This document shows positions 11,301 to 19,919 of a DNA stretch of 64,000 bases, in pieces. The notes beneath the pieces were generated by a model that had not been told where the DNA came from, did not search any database, and saw nothing but the letters and a program-made list of their open reading frames with translations. This DNA comes from Azolla caroliniana (lineage: Eukaryota > Plantae > Polypodiophyta), in NCBI GenBank assembly GCA_043228905.1, contig JBHGNT010000020.1, forward strand, positions 1,488,001-1,552,000, written 5' to 3'. Both the position numbers and the translations under genes were made by a program. Within the stretch, counting starts at the first letter, position 1. Each line of letters starts with the position of its first letter.

Positions 11301-12497
11301 TCTTCTTTGTTGTATACAATACGACTTTTTTCTTTGAGTCGACATATTGCATACACCATTCCTTGTCCGTTAGATCTCGGTCAGGAAGGTCTTCACCTCC
11401 GGTAGCGGCGACAAGTTTCTTTTGGCTAACATCATTATGTGGCTGAGATTTTGTCTCTTCGTTAAATAGAAGCTTTTTTCCTCTCTTTATGGTCTCAGGA
11501 GCTACCTTGGTCTGGGCTTCGATTGGAGAACCTTGTATGCGAAGCTTTATTTTCTTCACGGGTCGGTCCGACAAGTTCTCAAACGACCTATTTAAGAAAG
11601 TATATGCAAAAACATAAGTTAGGTAGTCACGTAGATTAAGGTTGTATATTATAATGAAGAACAGTTCCCAGGAGCAGTCCTATATTCAAAAATCTATTAT
11701 AGGCAGGGCTATTCAACCTAGAAAATATATATCGTAATAAGTAAACAGGGTTATATATTCTTTTAAATAGTAGGTATGACTTATATAGATTCTAAACCTA
11801 TATTGAAGAGAATTTGCTATCGTAAAGGCAATTTGTGGATCATTTTCTACTATTTTAAGCTAAAGTAGGTCATAAAACACCTATAATTAGAGCATGTTTT
11901 TTTTTAAAAGTAAGGAAAGTCAACATAAAAAAGACTGATTTTGCCAGACAATTAGATATCTTTTCCACCCCATAATTATTTGTTACCCCAAAAACACAAT
12001 TTTTCTCTCTCAAAGCCTTCTTATATACAGGAACTCGATACGCCGTATCGAGTTCGTGTTTAAAACCTACACTTTAAACAGGAACTCGATACGGCGTATC
12101 GAGTTCACGTTAAAAACCTACACTTTAAACACGAACTCGATACGGCGTATCGAGTTCCTGTTTAAAGTTGGAATTTTAAACAGGAACTCGATACGCCGTA
12201 GCGAGTTCCTGTTTAAAGTGTAGGTTTTAAATAGGAACTCGATACGCCGTATCGAGTTCCTGTTTAATGTGTGGGTATTAAACAGGAACTCGATACGGCG
12301 TATCGAGTTCCTGTATAAAAAGCAAAAACAAATTATGAACTCGATACGCCGTATCGAGTTCATGTATAAAGTTTGTATTGTATACATGAACTCGATACGG
12401 CGTATCGAGTTCTTGAGAAACGAAACATATTTACAAAAATGTCCACAGTGTCAGAGGCCTACCTGGAGTCCTCGCGCTCGATTCTCTTTGAAGACAT
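8375..12497 (-). CDS. Six-exon gene (~975 aa): ParB/Srx-like domain fused to a beta-class N4-cytosine/N6-adenine DNA methyltransferase; apparent 1-nt frameshift at the exon 5/6 junction
   Basis: Exons assembled by hand with GT-AG sites: 12497-12463, 11587-9950, 9873-9735, 9651-9185, 9096-8800, 8727-8375; junctions 1-4 are in phase. ParB-like motif YFVIGGSHSAEARRQL...IYVGLTTEEAKLLAWDHN; MTase motifs VVCGDVIDLIQKVP..YTLMIADIPYG (DPPY-type motif IV), W-IKTN, VNPYQKPQRLMMRLIEMFSVEGDWILDLFS..GTTSACALKLFRNTVALEKD (motifs I/II after motif IV = beta order). Confidence 0.8.
12031..12412. repeat. Array of eight 25-bp palindromes GAACTCGATACG(C/G)CGTATCGAGTTC at an exact 51-bp period, inside intron 1 of the MTase gene
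   Basis: Copies start at 12031, 12082, 12133, 12184, 12235, 12286, 12337, 12388; the only deviation in the arms is T>G at 12201; all seven spacers are 26 bp. Confidence 0.97.
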
Positions 12498-12640
12498 CGT
12501 TGATCGTGTGGAAGTGGAGGCGGAGATCGCGCTTTCGTGCTTTGTGCTCTGTGTGCTTTGTGTGCTCTATGTGCTCTCTACGTTCTGTGTGCTCTGTACG
12601 CTTTGTACGCTCTAGTGAGTGAAATATGACGAGGTCTTCC

Positions 12641-12648
12641 TATTTATA
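12641..12648 (-). promoter_or_regulatory. TATA box (TATAAATA) of the ParB-MTase gene
   Basis: CCTATAAATAGG on minus strand ~145 bp upstream of the predicted ATG at 12497. Confidence 0.55.
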
Positions 12649-12872
12649 GGGATTGAACACATTGGTTAAAGTAACCATAGTCACCTTAACCAAGGTTGGT
12701 AACTTTGAGGATAGTTAGTTGGTAACCATAGTCACATTAACTAGAGTAACTTATGATTGTATTAATGATTACAAAGTCAAACTAACATATTGATCAATCT
12801 TTTATAGTCATAACAACCTACAATGACTTCAAAGGTTATGAAGGAGACAATGATAGAGGTTCATGAATGTAC

Positions 12873-13048
12873 CAATGATTGATTACTAAAAGCAACAAAT
12901 TTTATGACTCTCAAATGCTATGTATTAAAGATGTTGGCATGAATTAACCAATGATTGATAAGTCTAATATTTAAAATGGTGAGCATTAAAGAACCAATGA
13001 TTGAGACGTTCTATATCAAAATGGGTGCCATTAATTAGCCAATGATTT
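12873..13048. promoter_or_regulatory. Repeated CCAATGATT(G) motifs in the divergent promoter region
   Basis: CAATGATTG at 12873, 12949 and 12995; CAATGATTT at 13040; each preceded by C (CCAAT). Confidence 0.45.
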
Positions 13049-13349
13049 TAACATTAATCCAACATATTCATGGCTTGTTAATGATTAGTTTTATATTTTA
13101 CTTGATTTAACTTCATATAGATCTAGTTTATATAATAATTGATATGTTAAGTACAATTACTTTATTAAAAATAATTTTTTGATGTATTGTATTAATAGAA
13201 TATTACATAATATAGACATTCTATTGATTTGGCTTTTGTTTAGAGAGAAGTTTATGTTTAGAGAGGAGTATATGTTTAGAGAGGAGCTTATTAGTTTTTT
13301 TCCTTACCCTAAGCACATAACTTAGAGAGCCCTATCTAGACCTTAAGCC

Positions 13350-16094
13350 ATGAGTGAAGATTCACCGTTCTCGATTGAAGAATATTGTTTGTCATCAGAC
13401 CCATCGTTTTCTACTGAAGAGTATTGTTTGTCAACAGAGTCACCATATTCGATTGAAGAATATTGTCTGTCGACCGACTCACCATATTCTATCGAAGAAT
13501 ATTGTCTGAGCTCATCTACAGGGAATGTAAATAATGACACATGTGAAGAGTTCTCTATTGAAGAATGCGATATTAATAAAGATACCGAGAATGAAGGAAG
13601 TGCCCAGGAAACATTGAATAACATTGGCGATGGTCACAACAGAGAATTAGACTGTAACGAGGTTACACCAACCTCTATGCAGGAAGAGAAATCTGGGAGC
13701 CCTATGCATATTAGAAGAATCCCACGAAGAATTCGTCTGGCTAGATTTAGCTTGGTGACATCAGATAAATAGATTGGATTTGATGTCAACAAAATATGTT
13801 GTGCCCGTGGTTGTATGTCTATGATTGGAAAATCAAAGTTGCGAGAATTAAGGCAATACTATTTTTCGATGACCGGTGATGAGCAAGACACTTACCTCGG
13901 GTCACATATGCAACTAGTATCTGACAAATGTACGGGGATCAAAGTATCATTCGAGTATTATATCTTCCATGCGCAACAGATATGTAGAGTTGCATTCAAA
14001 ATTGCGTTATGTGTTAGTAACATGCGGCTACATAGAGTACAACAACGTCTACTTAGCGGGGATCAGATGCTCAATTGTAAAGAGGTTCCAAGTATGAAAG
14101 GTGCAATTGGAAGACTAGCTATTGGCTGGATGAAAACTTACTTTCAGTTAAATTGTGAAGTAATGCCCACTACAGGTAGGATGCATCTTTCTGATAATTA
14201 TACACGTCGGGAAGTTTATGATGTCTATCGATCTGATATGTTGGGCTCACGTAATAAGTCTATCACCTATAGCCAATTCACAAGATTATGGAGAGCTCGG
14301 TTTTCAAATGTTATTATTCCTCGTAAAGTACGTATGGGGTATTGCTCCATTTGTGCAAATCTTAAAAGTTTGGCTAAAGGTGCAAAGACATCAATGGAAA
14401 AGGATACGAGTAAGAAGTTACTACAAGAGCATCGTGAGGCACAATCCTTAGAACGAAGGAAGGCGATGCATCATAGAGAGAAGTGTTTGAAGAGGCCCGA
14501 ACAATACATGTGCTTAATGATAGATGGCATGGACCAGAAGAAGACATGCTTGCCGCATATGCGGAGGCTCCCCAAAGATGTCAATGATGAGTGCCTTGTT
14601 CAAATGCACTTGGTGGGATGCTTGGCTTATAATAGGTCTGTTCGACCTCACGTCTTCATTACTTACCCCAATGTTCACAATGACCCTAACCTAACAGTTA
14701 CAGTGATTCACCGAGTTTTGATGTCTTGGGGACAACCTTTCCCCCCTGTTCTATACATTCAATTGGACAATACTGCTAGAGAGAACAAAAATTCAACTGT
14801 ATTTGGCTATCTAAGTATGTTGGTCAACCTAGAATTGTTTAGGAAAGTGGAAGTCAATTTCCTTTTGGTTGGCCACACACATGACCATATAGATTAGATG
14901 TTTAGCACATTCTCCAGACAGTTGTCTCGGCATGATGCTTTCACTTTACCTAAACTATTTGATGTCATTTGTGATGCTTATACACCACGCCCAAAAGTGT
15001 TACACTTGAAGGAGGTATATGACTTTAAGAGATATATATTAGATGGGGGTGGTGGGAATGTTAAAGTGCTTGCTCAGTTAAACAATATAAGTTTCAATCA
15101 CATTTTTTTGATAAAGAAAAATGGAATAAGTGGTTCTACACTTTTGTATGCTAAACAATATTCATCTTCTACAACATGGGAACCTGAAGGTGGTTGCCAG
15201 TTATTATTTTGTATGCCGAGTACAATTGTCCATGGAGCTAAGCAAATGCCAATTGAGAAGAAAGGATAGTTGCAGAGCGACTTGGTATCAGAACAAAAAC
15301 GGTCATGGGTCCAAGCCTTAGAAGAAAAAAGAAAGCATATTGAGGCCGCCAAGAAATATGCCGCACAACAAGACACGTCATGGTGGGATGTATTTTATAG
15401 TGATCAGAAAGAAATTATATAAAATTGTGTATCTGTTGATAATTGGAATTTGGAAACGCCATTCACATGGTCGTTGCAACATGATCGCGTAAATAGAAGT
15501 CCGGAGCAACTAGTAAATGCGATTAATGACAGCTTGGTCCATCCACAACAAAGAGACATTTATGTGGGACCAAGGATGACCAAAGCAGCCGAAGCTAGAT
15601 GGCAAGGAAATTTGCAAGAGCTCACCGCGGGGATGTTGATTGCAACGCCGGTTGATGAGAACTCACATGGCCACCAATTTTGGGTTGGTAAAATTCTAGA
15701 AGTGCTAATGCATGAAATAGAAAACACGATCAAGTCTATAAATGTTCATTGGTACAACACTAGAAGTGCAAATGCTTTTACAGGTAAGTATACATTGGAG
15801 ATGATTGAATGCCAAACAAGAAGGGGAGGTAGGAAGAGGAAGCGAAACATTCGTAACACCTCGACCCTTGATATCTCTGATGTGGATATCATCGTGTACG
15901 ACTTCACACTTACAAAAGCCGGACGATTAAGGAAGTCAACAATAGATATAATAAAAGAAAAATTACCAGGTCTACAAGGTGGCTCGAGTCAAAGGCAAAC
16001 GAGATCTGCTACATATAATCTAGAGTCAAACCATTTGGTTTATGACGAAGATAATGCACTGATTGGTACATCCGAGGATGATGAGGAGGAATAG
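13350..16094 (+). pseudogene. Sola-like DDD transposase (~914 aa), one reading frame broken by four premature stops
   Basis: ORFs at 13350, 13815, 14898 and 15450 share one frame; stops TAG 13770, TAG 14895, TAG 15267, TAA 15420; motifs CCARGC, YCSIC, LMIDGMDQKKT.LP, YIQLDNTARENKN, FLLVGHTHDHID(Q)MFS; lies between TIRs with a 4-bp TSD. Superfamily is assigned from remembered motifs. Confidence 0.8.
13359..13515 (+). repeat. Coding minisatellite, ~4 x 39 bp (SP(F/Y)SIEEYCLS(S/T)D) at the transposase N-terminus
   Basis: Visible in the translation of 13350-13772 and as repeated GAAGAATATTGT. Confidence 0.85.
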
Positions 16095-16452
16095 TCATTG
16101 TATATTAGTTATAGTAGTGATTCTCCGTAAAGGAGTGATCATGAATGTATATTTGGCTATTAAGTGTAACTACATTCCGCTTGTAACAAATCGAGTAATA
16201 TAAAATCATGTGTTTTGAATTCTTATGATTTCTAAAAAATCATTTCTTATAAAATAACATTGGTTGTAAAGTTTGTGATATAAATTGAGAATGTATGTTT
16301 TTGAAATTCGTCTTTTTTTAGTTACTTCTAAATCACGAAAATAGTGGATTTTTAACCTTTTTCATAGTATGTTTGAACTTGTATGATACTGGTATCAATG
16401 TGTTTTGTAAAATCATTGAAAAACCCCTAAAATTTCCCTTATCCTTCCATTT

Positions 16453-16488
16453 ATGCGCGATCCTTCCACTTGTGAACGCGAACGTGTT
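16453..16488 (-). repeat. Right terminal inverted repeat (36 bp)
   Basis: Reverse complement of 7327-7362 with one mismatch; followed by TSD CATA. Confidence 0.95.
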
Positions 16489-18713
16489 CATAATGGAGTG
16501 GTTCTGAAGTATTTTAGCACATGCCAAGTTGTCCAAGACATTCTAGGTTGAGGTGTGATGACGGGGGCAACACCCTTGGACGAAGGTATTCCACAATGGG
16601 TGTGGACCGGCAAAGGCGTATCGTACCGACATCTGAAGGTGTTCAGTTGTCTTGCCTATGTGCATGTGGCTAAGGACCAAAGGGGAAATTTAGATCCAAA
16701 ATCTTGGCCATACATATTTCTCAGTTACGGTGAGGACGAATTCGGCTATCGGCTATGGGACCTAATTGACAAGAAGGTGATTAGGAGCCGAGATATCGTC
16801 TTCATGGAAGAGAAGATGATAACCGATTGGGAGATCGAAAATAGATCTTCAAGTACCGATTCGAGCCAAGTTGATGATCGGCCGAATCGAATGTTGGTCA
16901 AATCAACCAAAATCGGATACGAACCAGTTGGTCGAATCGAAAATCGGCAAAATCAAGAACCAACTAAGGAACAAGGGGGACCAGCCGAACAAGGAACCGA
17001 ATTTGACTCAGCCGAAGAAATCAAAGAAGAACCGACTATGCCGAACGAAGGCAGAAGATACCCCCTAAGAGAGAGAAGGCCCCCACGGAGATTTCCGAAA
17101 TCTGAAGAACGTGTATTGTCAACCAATGAGGGGGAGCTAGAAAGCTTCGAGGAAGCTAAGAGAGATACCCACAACCGAAAGTGGTTAAATTCCATGCAAG
17201 AGGAGATAGATTCCTTGCATGAGAACCGCACATATGAACTGACCGAGTTGTCGAAAAGGAAAAGGGCACTCCGAAATAGGTGGGTATACAATGTGAAACC
17301 GGGAGATGGTGGGAATCCACCCAGATACAAAGCCTGAATTGTTGTGAAAGGCTTTCAACAGAAGAAGGGTGTAGATTTCGACGAAATATTTGCCCCGGTA
17401 GTGAAGATGACATCCATCCAAACGGTGTTGAGCATAGCAGCTAGCATAGATCTCGAAGTCAAACAAATGGATGTCAAGACGGCGTTCTTGCATGGCGATC
17501 ACGAATAGGAGATATACATGTTGCAACCAGAAGGATTCGAAGAAAAAGGTAAAGAGAATTTGGTATGTCGATTGAGAAAGAGCCTATATGGGTTGAAGCA
17601 CGCACCTCGGCAATGGTACCGAATGTTCAAATCCTTCATGGCAGATCAAGGGTACCACAAAATGCAGGCCGATCACTACGTGTTAGTGAAGAAGTTCAAC
17701 AGAGGAGATTTCTTGATTCTCCTGCTATACATGGACAACATGTTGATTGTTGACGAGACCCGAAGAAAATTGGAAGCTTGAAGAAGGCCTTGAGTAGGTA
17801 ATTCTCGATGAAGGATATGGGGCAGGCAAAGCAAATCTTGGGAATGCACATTGTCTGGGACCGACAAAGAAGTTATTGTGATTATCACAAGAGAAGTATG
17901 TGACAAAGGTGCTCAAAAGATTCGGCATGGAAAGCGCGAAACCGGTCGGCTCGACACTGCCAATAAACAACAAACTATCTACGACACAATGTCCGAAATT
18001 GAAAATGGAGAAGGCTAAGATGAATAAGGTCCCTTATGCCTCAGATGTTAGAAGCCTAATGTATGTGATGGTATGTACCAAGCCAGACATTGGATATGCA
18101 ATCGAAGTGTTCAGCCGATATATGAACAACCCCGGAAGAGAGCATTAGGCAGCGGTGAACTGGCTACTTCGGTACTTGAAAGGCACCTTGAATGTGTGTC
18201 TTTGATTAAGCTCAAGTAAACCCACATTGGAAGGTTATAATGATTCAGACATGTCGTTTTATGTGGATACCAACCAATCCACGTTCGGATACGCAATGAC
18301 TTATGCAGGGGGAGTTGTATCGTGGTAGTCGAGGTTGTAGAAGGTCATGGCACTGTCAACCACAGAAGCCGAGTATATGGCCTCCGCAAAAGCCAGCAAG
18401 GAAATAATATGGATGAAGGAGTTTATCAGATAGTTGGGAATTCGGCAAGATGAATCCCAACTCTACTATGACAACCAGAGTGTCATCCACCTTGCGAAGA
18501 ACACCGCCTACCACTCGAGGACCAAGCACATCTAGAGGATATACCATTGGCTCTAAGAGCGAGTAGAAGAAATGGATTTTTCTCTAGTAAAGATGCACAC
18601 AACGGAGAGTGGGTCGGATATGCTTACGAAGGTGTTATCGACCGAAAAGTTGGACAAGTGCCAACAAAGGGACAGATTGGTAAAGTACCCCATGCCGGAG
18701 TGAAGGGGGAGTT

Positions 18714-19004
18714 TGTTAGATAACATGTCCCTCTGGATGGGTAGACGAGAACAAACCGAATCAGGTAGAGTAAGTGGGTAATTCGGCCGAGGCCGAAACC
18801 GAAATCGAAAAATCAATTTTATGAACAATTCGGGTGACTATATTTGTAAATATTCTAGATGTGCCCATTAAGGCTATATTTGTAAATAGTCTACTATGTG
18901 TATGAGTATATATACACTTAGGGCAAGTAATTAGAACAAGGTGTGATAATCATTATAGTTGTAACAAGCTACAGTGAGTAGTTGTCTCTATAACTAGACC
19001 GGAG

Positions 19005-19098
<94 letters not shown>

Positions 19099-19374
19099 TG
19101 AGTGAGTGAGTGAGTGAGAGTAGTAACTTTATCGTTGTCTCTTTGACAAAGATGAGGTCAAGGTTGTTGCCTTCGAGTCTCCTTGTACTCCTCTCCATAC
19201 CTTATAGTGATTCATTTCTTGGGATTTGTGGACCCTAGTGGTTTTTCCATTTTGAGTTTTCCACGTAAAACACTTCGTGTCTCAGTTTTTCTGTTTTTTG
19301 TGGACTATCTTTCACGTTCTTTGCAACCGAATACGTATGCCAACAACCGGTTGTGGCTAGTTCCGATCCTAACA
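18714..19374 (+). repeat. 3' LTR of the 5002-19374 Copia, with expanded (GA)n(GT)n microsatellite at ~19007-19120
   Basis: Preceded by PPT; homologous to 5002-5576 apart from the microsatellite expansion and substitutions. Confidence 0.9.
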
Positions 19375-19919
19375 CGTAGTTGTTATTATCAAGATTTTTT
19401 GTCGGAAGGGAGATCTCCATTCCACTATCCATGTTCCTGTTATTTTTACTGCAGAAAACAAAAGCTCGTCTGTGTGCTTGTTCGTATGCCAGTTGTAGAG
19501 GATTCTTCTAAGCGTCTCACTCTGATACCATGTAAAAGATTACGTATGTGGAAGAGTTATGAGCGAACACAACCGGCTCAGTCAGACAACAGAGAATAGA
19601 CAAATAGTTACAAATACATAGAGTTTATAAGAGAGAGAGAGAGTAAGCAAACAAAACAAAAAATCTATTATCAAAAAGACTCAATACTCACAACATACAA
19701 TGTGCTCATGGAGCACTTTTTATACAAGCCCTCTGATAGGGCTAACCTGAATTATTTATAGGTACTTCAATGCTCTTAAATAGCTCCTGACACTAAATTG
19801 CCTACAATAAGCCTATTTACTAAAATAGGCATCTAGGCTATTGAATGGCATGTCGGACTCCATCTGACTTGGCCAACTGATTAAGCCTAGCAACCGATTC
19901 GGACCTAGCCGATTGGCAC

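Larger units (their letters stand above)
7327..16488. mobile_element. Cut-and-paste DNA transposon (Sola-like) carrying a transposase and a ParB-like/N4C-N6A methyltransferase gene
   Basis: TIR AACACGTTCGCGTTCACAAGTGGAAGGAT(T/C)GCGCAT at 7327-7362 and inverted at 16453-16488 (35/36 identical); CATA duplicated at 7323-7326 and 16489-16492; removing the element and one CATA restores the Copia integrase reading ATGAACCAGACCATAATGGAG (MNQTIME). Confidence 0.93.
5002..19374 (+). mobile_element. Full-length degenerate Copia LTR retrotransposon, interrupted by the DNA transposon at 7327-16488
   Basis: LTRs 5002-5576 and 18714-19374 (TGTTAGATAAC...CCTAACA); PBS TGGTATCAGAGC 5579-5590; PPT GAAGGGGGAG 18702-18711; gag/PR/IN fragments 5591-7326 continue as IN/RT/RH 16493-18703 with many stops and frameshifts; flanks CCTA/CGTA form an imperfect duplication. 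Confidence 0.92.
4149..19530 (-). mobile_element. Old degenerate Copia gag (pieces 19375-19530 and 4149-5001), split by the 5002-19374 Copia
   Basis: Minus-strand reading ...KNLDNNNY resumes across the insertion as ASWLYK..., then MSVVDYTMKVKEICDSL...SFFDLQSML; same family as 58376-58950; tRNA-Met PBS (TGGTATCAGAG) on minus at 19520-19530. Confidence 0.75.

Noticed and set aside
12031-12412. CRISPR array (regular palindromic repeats with constant-length spacers)
   Set aside because: Spacers are related to each other (near-identical or reverse complements) rather than unique, there are no cas genes, and the context is a spliceosomal intron in a plant transposon.
12118-12622. ORFs with repeated NSIRRIEF peptides on both strands
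   Set aside because: Translation artefacts of the palindromic 51-bp (17-codon) repeat; the region is better explained as intron 1 and exon 1 of the MTase gene.
15450-16094. Separate third gene in the transposon
   Set aside because: Same frame as the upstream transposase ORFs and separated only by single premature stops; treated as the transposase C-terminus.
7327-16488. Bacterial or phage contamination as the source of the ParB-MTase
   Set aside because: The gene has five GT-AG introns and a TATA box, and sits in a TSD-flanked element precisely inserted in a plant Copia.
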